62,245 nt of DNA, filler included, from Rhabdomonas costata (GCA_019059605.1; 28 parts of 28 records of this genome joined end to end with filler, not necessarily neighbours in it), one strand, 5' to 3'. Counted from the whole stretch's first letter, positions 26,741 through 39,938 are shown. Translations and numbers: made by a program. The notes: generated by a model not told the origin, from the sequence alone.

Positions 26741-28234
26741 GGGGTGTGGTTCACGGCGAGGAAGAAGTTGGGGCAAAACGTCGCGGCCCTCCAGCTCTGC
26801 AACAGGAGTTGCCCCGGGCCAAGGCCGGTCATCTCCAGCACGGCGGCCCGGGTGGCCTGGTCCCTCTCTGCGTCCTCTTCCGCCTCCACTAGCGCGTTGG
26901 TGGCGATGTGGCTTACCGCCTGCACAGCCCCGCACAGCTCATGCAGTACGCCTCTGTCATCATCATTGCAACGATAGTTGATTCCAGGCTCACAGCACAA
27001 CGCAACAACTCAGTCCCTTCGCTTTCGCTTGCGTGAAGGTGAAGGATAAATTGGGAAACAACCAAGAGAACGCCCAGCGTAACCAGGACGTATGATCCTG
27101 AGGGTTCCCCTTCAACATGTCACGCGGCTAGGGTTCTCAAAAGATGAATGGGACCAGTGTGATCACTGCTGATCTGCTTACAGCGGCACAGGATGTGATG
27201 CTCGGCGCAGACCCGCAAGATCGTCGAGAAGTGCCCACGGGCCACCTTGAGCCCATAACTCGCCCGCGCGTAGACGACCCCGCGGGCAAGCCGCTCCGCA
27301 AGCTCCCGGTCCCTTATCGGGGTTTCTCCCAGCACATGCCGCTCGTACAGCCGCACGTGGTAGTTCGCGAGAAAGATCACCCTGTGGGAAGAAGATCACC
27401 TGTGGTCTCGCCACCACCTCACTAAATGCAGGTCTCTTAATCGCTGTTTGCGTGAGGACAAGTCAGCACAACCCTGTCGTCCACAATTGTAAGAATGAAC
27501 AACGAGCATGTTACGGGATTTGGAACTTGCGATGCCGATATGGAGACCCATTCTGCTGGTTTTTGTCCTTGAAGCAAGGTGTACTGCAAGCTCTTTACCC
27601 TCATATTTATTCCAATGTACCCCTTTCCACCTGTTTCTCCGCATTTGCAATGTACCTCGTGCATTGTATTCCAATACACAACTCACAGTGACACTCTCCC
27701 CCCTAAAATAAGCCCAAATGACGTTTTTCCTAACATCTGTAATTAGTGTTTAGAGTGTTTCGGCATGCGCCCTTTGCCCACCCCGTTCCCTATGACAGTG
27801 GCTTTTCAATCCTGGCCATTGAAGAACCAATGTTTCCGAAAGAAAAATTCCTCGCATAAGAACACACACCATCCCTTATTCACCTTCTGCATCCAAGTTC
27901 GCGCCTCTTCGTGGCACTATTGCAGTGCGGCGGTCATAGGGGTCATCGAGAATGAGTGGGCGAAGGAGGGAGGAAGGCGCTTCTCCGGATTTCCTTCTCT
28001 CACCCTTTGCCCTTTTTAGGAAACTTTGTTTTTGCCCTCAAACGTCGAAGCCTCGGCAAGCATGCCACACCTAAGGGGGTTCACTGGAGTGGACTCCAGG
28101 TCGCGCCGCTTCAGGATGAGGCTGCTAAAGCTGAGGATAAGCGCCGCCCCTTTGCGGAAGGAGAACACCTCCGGAGAAGTTGCGGGCGTCTCATGGGCGG
28201 CTTGGCGGTTCGATAATGGGGAGTCGCTGGGGTC
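26741..28234 (-). CDS. Class-3 lipase (DAG-lipase-like), N-terminal part (exons 28234-28071, 27381-27190, 26953-26741)
   Basis: In-frame splicing gives ...LAERLARGVVYARASYG... and ...QSWRAATFCPNFFLAVNH, resembling the A.AAYG and P.F.V.VDH motifs that precede the lipase-3 core. Catalytic region is not in the contig. Confidence 0.6.
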
Positions 28235-28967
28235 CTGACGGCAGATCGACGAGGGAGGGAATACTTGAGGATCGAAGGAGAATATATCATTCCCACATAA
28301 ATTTCGCGGTGGAAACTTTTTATTTGGCGAACTCAAAAAGTAGGATTCCGAGCAATCTAGTGCACACCAAACACCAGTTTCTCCCCTGGAAAACTCTTGG
28401 AAACCCAAATTCAGACCAAAAAATGTTAAAACTTGGCTTGAAAAGAGACTCCGATCAAGATAAGGGCGAAGTTCACGTGCTTTGGGATACCAACGAGCTC
28501 GGTTGACAATGTTTTTTGGGTACGCTTTTTTTTGTAGCTCAGTGTAGATTTTCTCCCCCAGAAAAACCTCTACTAAGTCCGAAAGTATCTCATTTTTGGA
28601 CAAAAAGGCACACCAAACAAGAGCGTTATAAATTCGCCAAATAAAAGTGTCCACCATATTCTTAGGCCCTTGCCATGGCAGTACCCCCAAGACTGCAGCA
28701 CTTGAATGTGTGAATTGCGCCGACAACATCTCAAAGCTTTGGTTCATACAGATCCATAGGAGCATATTCCAACGCCGGAGGTTTAAAAAAAGGATACTGG
28801 GATCGCAAATAATACCCCATACCCTCCCCCCTATTAATATTTGGCGCGAGGGCAGGAGGGGCAGGACNNNNNNNNNNNNNNNNNNNNNNNNNNNNNNNNN
28901 NNNNNNNNNNNTTAATTAATTAANNNNNNNNNNNNNNNNNNNNNNNNNNNNNNNNNNNNNNNNNNNN

Positions 28968-29150
28968 TGTGGGGTGTGGCTTGGACACCCTGTAGTAGAC
29001 AGGCTGATAGCTGCCTGGGCCAGGGCTGCCCGCAATGGCTTGATGGGGCCCCCACAATGGGGAGATATTGGGATTGCCCTCAGTTCGCAATGTCTGGCCA
29101 GCCTTCTTCCGCACCCCCTCCTCCATCTTTTTCTTCGCAGCCATCTCCCT
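28968..29150 (-). CDS. Exon of a hypothetical protein with a PGPGSY (SHIPPO-like) motif
   Basis: cag|REMAAKKKMEEG...GSPGPGSYQP; only one motif copy is visible. Confidence 0.4.
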
Positions 29151-31318
29151 CTGAGCACAGAGCACACGCAAGACTCTGAATGATGCGAGGCGTTGGAATG
29201 GAAATAAACCTCAGGAGGGGCTGAGCAGGACGAGGGGGGGCTTCACCCCCCGCTTTGTCCCAAACCCTTTTAAAAACGTTCGGTCGGAGCACGAGGGGCG
29301 GTTCCAAGGCAGCGGCATCATTTCTATCGCTACTCGTTTAAGAGCGGACTGACGCACTGTGTGCGTCCACTTGAACCAAAAATCACCTTTTCTAAGGAGT
29401 TACTACCCTGCGCCACCAAAAAGAGGGAGAAACGTTATCACACTATGGTCACGTATCAGCGGTGGCATGCAAATGTTTAAGGATCCAGCGGGAAGCAAGA
29501 AGGGAATTTCCTTCACGCGCTGCGATTGCCCGGCAGTTGACTTGGAAGCATGATATGACCAATATGACTGTGAATGCCATGACTGTCCAAGGTGATTTAT
29601 TGCATTGGAAAACCAGTGTAGCCACCGACCAAAAGCCCCACATGTCTCAAATTCGTGATTTCCAATATGGGACATCATTTCTGTACTACCCTTCTCCCTT
29701 CAGTGAAATGTGAAACAATCACATCTGTGTATGGGAATGGGTGTTGTGTGCAGAATCTGCCGTGCCACTGGACGGAGATCGGTGGGCACCCCAAAGAGAA
29801 TGTGTGGGGTCTGATTGGAATGGGCATCTGAATACGTGTTTTTCTGCCGACCATTATTTTGAATTCAAAGGTTTATCAAACAGGTGTCTGAAAACCAGTG
29901 TCGCTTTTCAGGAAAAAGGTTTTGGTGTAAGAGGACGGTGGTAGAACACACTCTTCTGAAGTGACGGATGGATACGAAGACGAAAAATGTAACGATGCGC
30001 TGTAAGAATGGCCTCGCCGGTCACATTCCTTAACCCCATCCGAAACCTGCCAAACGCGCTAAAAACAAGCACCCAGATCTTCCCATCTCTTGAGAGTGTT
30101 GAATGCTCAATAACGGCGTATTCGTTCGGCGACCCCACACACGCACAGACAAAAAGACAACAAAGCTTTGGCCAACACCTTGGAAAAGAAGCGCTGCCTC
30201 CACTGCTCGTGCATGCCGTCGCCAATAAAATAGGGTCCCTGTCGGTCAAAGTTCCACGCTGCAGTGTGGCGGAACCGTCCCGCCTTGGGCAGAACCGATG
30301 GGGTTTTCTGCGTGCGCAAAACACAGAAACCCAAGCAAAAACCTCCTCCCGTGCCGTCCCTGCTGCATCCAATACAACCTCTTGTGAGAGGGCAGGGCAA
30401 CTAGTGACAGAGGACATGGAGCAAACGGTCGGAAACGCGGAACGGCCAGAACCAGTGGACCGACACCATGCATCCACCCTGCTCGAGACATGCCTTCCCA
30501 GTCGGATGTACAAGTCGCTAGCTTCTGGAGCTCACAGCCGTTAATCTAAGGGATCGATGCAGAAAAGGTTCTGGTGTCAGCGGTCTTGCAGTTCGCCCCA
30601 ATCCACTGGAAGTGGTGAATGCATGACAGGCACCTCAGCAAGATATAGCTTTTGGCCAAGGAAGCTAAATACTCAGCCGCGAAGCTTCCCGAGGCAAAGA
30701 TGGGCCAAGAGAGATGCTTCTGTGCAAAGCCAGCTTGAAAAACCAAGTGACTCGATGCGGCAGGAAGATGCAAAGAACGGAGGTAGGTAGCAGGTAGGTG
30801 CAAAGCTAGTGGGTGTGAGGGGATGCTAACAAATTAGCAGCGCTGAGAATGACTTATTTATGAATCGCTCTGCAAGACTAATCTCCTGCCCTGAGTCCAC
30901 CCCAGCACCTCCTGTGTCCCACTCGAATACTATAATGGATATAGTACCCCATTATAGGCAATATACACGGCGAACAAAAAATGAAGGTAAAGATTTTCGG
31001 CACACGATCAGCAGTGAACCTTTTTTCTTTTAGGCTCCTTTTATTGCTCATGTTGACACTGTATGATGTCCTGGACAATGACGAAAGAAAGTTCNNNNNN
31101 NNNNNNNNNNNNNNNNNNNNNNNNNNNNNNNNNNNNNNTTAATTAATTAANNNNNNNNNNNNNNNNNNNNNNNNNNNNNNNNNNNNNNNNNNNNGGTTTT
31201 GTGGTATTTTGGCTAACCGAAGCCCTCGAAGGATCCCAGAGAATTGTTCTCGGACCCTACGAGTCGGTGAGGCAAAATACCACAAAACCCGATTCTGGGT
31301 GTGGGAGCAACGGATTAC

Positions 31319-32333
31319 GCGCTGCTGCGGAAACTGGAGAAGGAGAGGGTCAAAGCCCTCGACCTGACAATGCAGTGAATAATCAGACCAGATTGTCATA
31401 ATGGAAGGGAAGAGGAGTGTGGGGGGAGGAAAGCTGGTCTTTGAGGAAAGCTACATGTTACATATCAAGTGCAAAGAAGCACCAGAACACCTGTGAGGCC
31501 AATGCGGACAGCGAGGAAAGCGCAAATATACTTTCATATAAGCAGCCGACTGCTCAGGGAAGAGGAAATGTACTCCTCAGCCCTTGTTTTCATTCAGTTG
31601 GGGAAAAAAAGGCTTTCACTTCTTTGCGTGACACCCACACACCACCAAATTCTTCAAATCATATGACCGCAAACATGATGCACACATTCGCCGGGACTGA
31701 GTCCCCCGCATACCCGGATAGCTCCGCCACAACTTTCTCCAAAAGTGTAGCCGACACTCTCATGCTGAGCCAACAAAAATAAACCAAACAAAAATCCCAC
31801 GGCATCAGCAGAACGGGGACACAGGCAACACTGAGCCCGAACTCGTCCTGTCTGTGCTGAGATTGCAAAAGAAAACACATGTCATCTCTGCATTTATGCA
31901 ATCCCCATTGTAGTCTTTTGTATGTACAACAGGCCTCCCGAAGAGACTAACCACAACACTTTACTACCTGGAAATTCATCATCATTGTGCGCCAGCCACC
32001 AGGTCTGTTCCCCAAAATTTCTGGGGGGGGGGGCAGGGACTCAGATGGTAAACAGTTGGCGAGATCAGCTGACTCTGTTCACAAAAAATCAATTATGCAA
32101 GAGGTGGAACATGGAGGGGAATAAGGCGCCAAGAAAAGTGAAGCAGCGTCACACGGATTAGGAAATGTGCCGTGTAGAGTAACAGAGGTAGCGAGTAGGA
32201 GCGAGGTAACAGGTACCTCTCAGAAGACGCGCGGACACCCGCCAGTCGGACCTCCGCGTTGGGAGCCTGGACGGCGACACGATGCAGCAGTCTGCGCAGC
32301 TCCCTGAGGTGAGCCCTGGATGCGTCGTCAATC
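31319..32333 (-). CDS. Hypothetical protein, internal exons (32333-32217, 31764-~31690, possibly 31549-31491, 31363-31319)
   Basis: Open segments with good AG acceptors and GT donors (IDDASRAHLRELRRLL...|SMRVSATLLEKVVAELSGYAG...|VEGFDPLLLQFPQQR). The middle junction is ambiguous (see findings). Confidence 0.5.
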
Positions 32334-33480
32334 CTGAAGAAGAAACAGACCATACACATATGCCCGAATCAAAAAAAACGTGTGTGACAACGAAATCGCG
32401 GAAGCATAAAAAAACGACCTGTTCCGCTGCAGGTCTTCGCCACTGCAAGCCACCGAACTCAGAGCATGCTCCAACTTACGCTAAAAGTGAAAAACAGGAA
32501 TAAAATCGGGTCAAGCCATTCACTCCCGCACTCAAGCAACGCTCTGTGTCTGTTTTTGCGACGGGATTCGTGGTTCTCACGTCCATTAGGCCGTCTCGAT
32601 TGCCGTGGGTTCATTCAAATCAGTTGTGCATTTCGAAGAGCACATTTGCCGAAGGTATCAAGCCACATCCTCCCATTCTCCCGACCCCCCGTTCACCATG
32701 TGTTACTTACAAACTCAAGAAGGGCACGGGGATTGCGACATGGGACTTCCGTGTTACGGGCTTCTCGTGTGAATCAACTCGCACCCCTGACTCAACGCTC
32801 CTCCACACTGGTCGGAGGGGAGAGGGCGGCTGTGTCGACAGTAAGTCCCCGAAACTGCCATAAGCATATAATCTCTCCCAGCAAGCTCCAATCCGGGGGT
32901 ACTTCTCAGACGACTTCCCTCAACCCACGCTTGTACGATGCGAGCTTGGGACGGTCACAGACCCAAAGAGAATTGCAACCCATTAACTTGAACGCAGCAA
33001 GATTAGGTTGCGGCGGGATTAGACAATCGGGCGGGATCGTCGTTCCACTTCAGAAAGCAACAAAGAAATGGTCAATGCCGGCCCCAGCGCTCTCACGCAC
33101 AACTTAGCTTGTGACAACATTTTGCCCTTTGTGCACGTTCGTACAGCGGGCAGTTGTGGAAAACCTGCAGCTGCAACCATGTGGCTACTTCCCACTGTCT
33201 CTGCAGCTGAGCCAAGGCAGCCAAGGCAGAACCTTCAGCATCGGCTTGGGAAGAGACTGAAACCCCCGGCCCAAATAACAAAGGATCGTTCACACACACA
33301 GTAAATGAAACCACAAACAAANNNNNNNNNNNNNNNNNNNNNNNNNNNNNNNNNNNNNNNNNNNNTTAATTAATTAANNNNNNNNNNNNNNNNNNNNNNN
33401 NNNNNNNNNNNNNNNNNNNNNGGTGTTTGTGTGGTTTCTTTCGGAGACAGAGGCGGTTCCCAGTGCTTCGCCACACACAC

Positions 33481-35341
33481 CCATTCTGCTGCTGGGCCGG
33501 AGCAAGATGTTCTCGGGCTTGAGGTCGCAGTGAATAATCTTCTCCTGCGATAGGAAGCTCAGCGCCACCAAAAGCTGCCGCGCTATTCTCCGGATCACGT
33601 CCTGCGGGTGAGCAGGCAGTGCTGCACATAAATTATCAAGAACTTCCACAGCTTCACAAAACGCCTACTTGGAGCTTTCTGTTGTTCAGATGTCCTTGGG
33701 AATGCAGGTGCAGTTGCCGACTGAGAAACCCACTCGCGAAACATAAAATCGCCAAGACAATATGGTCACCGAAAAGAACATGGCAGTTGAAGTGACCATG
33801 GAAATGCTCTGGTATAAAAGAAAGAAGAAAAGAGAGAAGAGAAGAAGAGAAGAAGAGAAAAACCAGCAGCCCCTCGTGGAGCGCCAAAATGCGCAAAAAA
33901 ACAGTGAGCGCCTAGTCGAACAGCAAACAACACATCCTCGCAAAGGGTGAGAGGGTGGGAGGAACTCCCCGTGCCGACTCGACAAACCAGAGAAAGCCCA
34001 TGGAAGTTGTTGCTCTTGATGTACTCGTAGAGGTTGATCCCCAGCAGCTCGAAGGCAAGGAAAAGGTGGTTGCGGAAGTAGAAGGACTCCTCGACCCGGA
34101 CCACGTTGTTGCGGCCCTCGGGGTCGTGCTTGCGCAGATGCTCCAGGATCTGAATCTCCACCTGGGCGAGTGCATGGTTGTGTGCATGAGAGAATGGCAC
34201 GCTGGCTAGTGCAATTGGGTGTAGTGGGGGCATAGCGCTCTGGCTGTTGCCTGGTTGACTGTTGGCGACCACTGTGGACTGACGGACGCACGCGCGTTGG
34301 CCACGGGTGGTCGCGAGAGGTACCGCTGGCGCAATTGTGTGTGCGATACACACAGTTTTTTCCGAGGCAAAACAACGAGGTGGGTGGTGGCCAATCTCAC
34401 TCAACCTTCAAACTCCAAGCTCCAAACTTCACTCGGAAACAGAGAAAATCAGAGCCATTTGTTTCCCTTTGCACAGGGGAAAAACCTAAGCAGTTGCGGG
34501 TTTTCCAAAAACGCTTACTGCCCGGAGTTTTCATTACATTCAGCCAGGTCTGGGTGCCCATTGGCGGTTTCTTGCACCGAGGTCAACAGACAGCAATGTA
34601 TCTGCACCGGAACAAACCCGATGTGCCTGCGCCTGAGGTCCATTCCAGCATGAACGGAGCAAATGAAATCCATGACATTGGCGAAATCGTTGCTGTACAC
34701 TAGGGCGCGGTCTCCCGAGAAAACAGAGACAATGGTGGCGTTCGTACCTGGGCTTGATGATGAAACCGACGCTTGTTGCGGATAATTTTCAGCGCCACGA
34801 AGGATCCCAGCTTATGATCAAAGGCCTTGATCACCTGCCATGCAAAAGAAGCACTCACCACGAAGGAGATAAAAAGCCGGATCGAATAAAGGCCCATGCC
34901 AATCCCACATCCACTGCCACTCAAGATTGAAGAAAATCCAAACGGCATGTAAATCAGACAACAAGAATGCACTTTGGATGTGTGAAAATGGAAAACGAGC
35001 GAAACGGCCCCGCAGGGGATCGATGCTGAAATGAAGTGATAGTGGAGAGCGCATTCTGACACACAAAATCGTAATTCAACATCCGCCATCACTCCAGCGT
35101 TATACACGCTGGGTCAATGAAAGCTACTTTACAGGAAGCGCACAAGTCTCACCTGTCCAAAGGAGCCCTTGCCCAGAGGCTCCAAAATCTCGTAGCGGTA
35201 GGTCACGTGGTCGTTGATGATGAGCTGGTAGTCCCCGCGCTCGTCGTCGAACCCGTGGTTGAGCTTCGGGTCCTGGGTCGCAGAAATCTTCGAGGCATGG
35301 AAGCCCATGAAATAGATCTGAGGGTGGTCCTGGATCTCTTT
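33481..35341 (-). CDS. DYRK2-class dual-specificity kinase (partial; exons 35341-35153, 34834-34748, 34161-33988, 33601-33481)
   Basis: DH box NHGFDDERGDY, YRYEILEPLGKGSFGQ|VIKAFDHK...VALKIIRNKRRFHHQA, FYFRNHL...FELLGINLYE, IIHCDLKPENILL. All GT-AG and in phase. Confidence 0.96.
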
Positions 35342-36479
35342 CTGCACATGAAGAAGCCGCAGGGCGTAAACAAAGAATTTCCACGCGGAAAGCAACCCTC
35401 CAGATTTGCCTATGTGCTTTGAATTGGAATTGCCAAAGAGTAGCACAATCAAGTCTCCATTTGTCCAAAAGGCACAATTGTTCTACTTGAAGCAGCAGAA
35501 GACATCTTCCCCAGTGCACGCCTCACCCGTCAAACTCACCACACCACNNNNNNNNNNNNNNNNNNNNNNNNNNNNNNNNNNNNNNNNNNNNTTAATTAAT
35601 TAANNNNNNNNNNNNNNNNNNNNNNNNNNNNNNNNNNNNNNNNNNNNGGTTGTGGGGGGAATGCACTCTGCAAGGAAGGATGGACAGAATGGAGTTACCG
35701 TACCGCTAGGCGCTATATATTTTCTGGGTGAACGCTTTTCTGGATTATCGTCCGAGAACTGACCCGAAACGGTTTCACTGCTGTTCTGTCTTCCTTGCGT
35801 TATCCATAGCTGGGTCTGACCTTGTTGGTGTGTCTGCAACCAATCGAGTATACAAATGGAACGAACTTTCCCTGCCTTACCACCGGTGGGCACGGTTCAC
35901 CCACCATACCCACCATGAAGCCTCCGCGCTCCGAGAAAGAGCAGAAGCTTTTCCCTGTTTCTCGTATGGATCAGCAAGGCTGCACAAATCAGTCGTTACC
36001 CCTTCTCCAATGGCTGACTCCGCATGAAACGAAAGTATGCAGAAAATAGCTGCTGCGGTTGGAATGTCTGCACAACCTCGTGCTCATGTGTTCGGAACAG
36101 TTCGAAAACCCCTTTTTTGTGGTGTCCCGGCTGCGGAAATGAACTCCTCAAAACTGTCTGCAGAGCTGCTCTGTGACCCAGGGTTGCTCAGTTTTCTACG
36201 ATCGAAAAAACAAACTGTTTAAAAAACCGTCGAAACGTAAAATCCAGGAGTTCCAAAAAAGACATAATTAAAAATCGAGGAATCATTAGTAATTGCATAG
36301 AATTTCCCTAAAAGCGTTAAAAATAACTGGCCAAATCGTGCAGATCCCACCTGCCCTCGGTTCCACAGACCACAGGTGAATGCATGTGTGCAGACTGGGC
36401 CTTTTTTGTTTTCTTTCCAATTGTGTTGTGTGCTTTGCACCCTGCACTGGTTTATTTTGCTTTGTGGTTTGTTGCTCCA

Positions 36480-36707
36480 ATGGAAGGGGCTCCACTAGGG
36501 AGTGACCCTGGGAGTTCAGGCACAGCGCTCGCTGGCCCTTCTGAGGGGCAGAAAATGTCGTTTCGTATGGAGCCCGGGACGCTTGCGAACCCCCAACCCT
36601 TCACCCGGCTGCTGCTGCGGGAGTTTCCCAGGCTCAAGTACCGCCCCCGCCAGGGCGAAGCCGTGACGGTGATGCACTGGGGGCAGAGAAAGCTGCTCAT
36701 GTCTGAG
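36480..36707 (+). CDS. Cap-specific mRNA 2'-O-methyltransferase (poxvirus VP39-like / kinetoplastid MTr2-MTr3-like), first exon
   Basis: FTRLL...PRLKYRPRQGEAVTVMHWGQRKLLMSE|gtcgac. HWGQRKLLxSE is the N-terminal motif of the VP39/poly(A)-polymerase-regulatory-subunit family. Confidence 0.8.
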
Positions 36708-36932
36708 GTCGACAACGTGCTACCCCTATCATCACTTTCTACTATGGCAGCTATGATTTGGGTGACTGGGACTGTGCCAGGGAGTAATGCCTGCGTTTCT
36801 GTTCCTCCATGGGTGGCGTTGATTATTCAACACCTTTCGTTTCGGAAAAAGACACCCACAACAAACACAAATGGACCACCGAAACCATATGACATTTGAA
36901 GAGCAGGCGCAAGAGGCAAAAACGACAAACAC

Positions 36933-37771
36933 CTGCAGGCCGTCAAGATGAGCTCCAGGGAACCGGCAGAAGGAGAGATCCCAGCCCCGCACCACATGAT
37001 TGACCCCCGCAACAATCGTCATCGCGTTCGCCGCCGCGCGGCACCGTCGGCCCTGGGGGGTTCCTGCCGCCCACAGCCTCGCCACTCCATTGAGGGTACC
37101 GCTTTCCCTTCCATTGCTGCCGCCTGTGCTGCTGCACTCGACCTCGGGAGTGTGGGGGTCTCCCCTAGTCTGCACCACAATGTCCTGCAGAGCCTCAACG
37201 AACTGCTTGTACTCCGAAGGGCTGCGGTGCACCAGAAGGTCCCGCACAAAGGCGCACACCACGGGCTGCTGCGGCAGCTCCAGGCCTACACTACAGGGCT
37301 CCCGAATCAGCTCAAAGGGGTTGCGTAGCAGGGCATGCGCCGCGAAGAACTCCTGCAGGCTGAGGTGGCTAAAGCTCACCGGGGCGTCCAGCTCACGCAG
37401 CCGACCCATCCGAAGCACACTGGCCTCCCGCAGCATCGCATCAACGGCCTGCCTCTCTGCCTCACTCTCCTCCTCCTCCTCTTCGGATCGGTCACCATCT
37501 CAAACAGCGAACGGCTGATCATTGCATGTGCGAGCTTGTCGAAGTCCTCTAAAGTGAAGGACATCACCCAATGCTCCAAAACCTCCGCATTGCGCCCCAG
37601 CACTTGAGCGGGGTTGGAAGCCGCCGCCTCGGGCCCCGAGCTCACCACAACCCGCCGCAACGGTCGCTCTCCCACCGCGGCGTTCAGCAGACCCACCAGA
37701 CCACCAACCTTCTCCACGCCCTCTCGCACCCATGGAAGCACCTCGTCGTAGGAATCCATCACAACAACCAC
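36933..37771 (-). pseudogene. NACHT NTPase plus pentapeptide-like segment, frameshifted and internally shortened
   Basis: Walker B VVVMDSYDE, winged-helix motif FSHLSLQEFFAA and AAANAMTI...DLSFCRFPGAHL lie in two frames with a switch near 37480-37495. The helical domain between NTPase and winged helix looks missing. Confidence 0.7.
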
Positions 37772-38361
37772 NNNNNNNNNNNNNNNNNNNNNNNNNNNNN
37801 NNNNNNNNNNNNNNNTTAATTAATTAANNNNNNNNNNNNNNNNNNNNNNNNNNNNNNNNNNNNNNNNNNNNGGTTTGGAACCCTCAGCCCGAAGGCTGAA
37901 AAAAAAAATAGGTTGTTGCTGGCAGTGCGAATGTTTCGCAGAAGAAAAGGTCAAGCGATCTGGGGTGGTGAAATCAGCGAAAGGCAGGCACCGCAGTTTT
38001 TGCATTATGGCGAATGGAAGGTTCAGTTTAGGGAGTTCAGATCCTGGTTTCAGGCCTTGATTCTTAATGGAAGGCGGAATGACGAACAAATGAAAGACGG
38101 GTTTGATCTTCGCAGAAGCGTGCATGAAAAACCAAGGGGTGCGTCGGCGAAGCGGGCCCATCAACGCAGCATTGCAATTCCAGCATCAGCATAACCCATC
38201 TCATCGTATTTCTGAGCAATTTTGATTAACAGTAAAATGAGATGCATGTCAACCGTCAGCCGCCGGGCAACTGTCATCGGACTGTCAAGCCAATTTACCT
38301 TTTTGGGGTAGTGAGATCAACCTGTGTGACTGATTGTGTGTTGGGCGCATTGCGTGCTGGC

Positions 38362-38417
38362 TGTGAGTGAGTGAGTGAGTGAGTGAGAGAGAGAGAGTGT
38401 GTGTGTGTGTGTGTGTG
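38362..38417. repeat. Compound (GTGA)n(GA)n(GT)n microsatellite
   Basis: Directly visible. A second (GT)n run lies at 38617-38653. Confidence 0.9.
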
Positions 38418-38685
38418 GAGGTTATGTCCCCAACCAGGCACCTGCTGAACCCCATGTTCCACAGGGGAAGTCATGGTTGGGGTGGGGCGGTTGGACCCAG
38501 AGTTGCCTCCAGCCTGATGCCTAATCGAGACCAGCGTGTTGGACCGTGATCTGGATTCGAGCCGACTTCAGTGCCTGACAGTATTCGTACCAGTGTATAC
38601 CCTTAAACCCAACTCAATGTGCGTGTGTGTGTGTGTGTGTGCGTGTGTGTGTGGTCGCTTCACTCCGTTCTCGTGGTCGTCTCAG

Positions 38686-39938
38686 ACGTGTGCATGCGGT
38701 GGTACCGTGCGCCGGAGCTGGTGATGGAGGAGACCAACTACACCAGCAAGGTGGACATCTGGGCGTGCGGGTGCATCATGGCGGAGCTGCTGAACAATCG
38801 GCACCAGCCCTACCAGCCATTGTTCCGGGGGGAGGATCGCATCAAGCAGCTCGGTGCAATTCTGAAAATTATCGGTGTGATTGCTGACCCCGTGGGTCAG
38901 CAATGACAGGGGTGGGCCCGCCGCCCGTTTCTATAGGTTTTACACACCGGACATTTTTTTTTGGTCCCCTTCAGTCATGACATGGACATCGGGCGGATTT
39001 TTAACTCGGAACCAAATGGCGTTGCCTGCAGGAAAAGCATCCTACAGGGTGTCGTGAGGGGACTTCACTGACACTCCAGCATAACCAACCCCCACCCCTA
39101 TGGCGCACACAGAAGACCCCCCTCCACTGGATTCCCAAGGACACGTCCGCTTTGAAATTCCGATCAGCTGCTTGTGCTCAAACAACACATCATCATTCTT
39201 TCCCCACCCCGGAGCACTGCTCCTGCACCCGAAGCACTGCCCCTCTTCGTCATATGGTTTTCTCAACTCGCCTCTTTCATGCTTTATCGCTGTAGTGCGA
39301 ATTGCTCATTTCCTCCAACGAATCGCTCTATTTTCTTCTCAGGTACTCCTTCAGAAGAAGATATGGCCAACGTGGGCTCAGAAATGGCTCGCAGGTGAGC
39401 ACCCCACGCGCAGACTTGCGTGCAAACACTGACATGACATACCAAGACTCTGTAGATTTATTGTGAGTGAAGTTCTGGAGTGATGGGCGAAAGCTTTTTT
39501 CACAAAGCCCTGAGTAGAGAAGACTTCCCAACACTCTTGGAATTATGTGCAATCTTCTGGTCCTTTTGAACCTTTGTCATCCCCTGGTTTGGAGCGATTT
39601 TTGTTTGAAGTCCTTCTTCCTTGTGCTTATTCCGCATGCATCCAGACCATGGGACGGAAATGTATTCCATGACTCTCATAGTTTTGTGAGATGGCTGGTT
39701 TCCTTTAGCCGCCGCATAGCTTCCTTTTCTACAAAGGTATATCCGCAAACACCACTCCAACCTGCTGGGGGTGAACTTCGCGGATCTGCTGCGCACCCCG
39801 GACGGGGCCAGGCTCTCGCCCGATGCCCTGGACCTGGTGCAGAGGATGCTCACCTTCAACCCCGAGAAGCGGATCAGCGTCCACGACGCGATGCGGCACC
39901 CCAACCTCAAGGGCTTCTTCGACGAGGAAGACGTCCAG
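38686..39938 (+). CDS. Mitogen-activated protein kinase, C-lobe (exons 38686-38874, 39343-39394, 39737-39938)
   Basis: [13 protein letters not shown]...[15 protein letters not shown]...[12 protein letters not shown]...G|TPSEED...R|YIR...[26 protein letters not shown]. One AAG acceptor and a probable GC donor (GCATGC). Confidence 0.93.
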
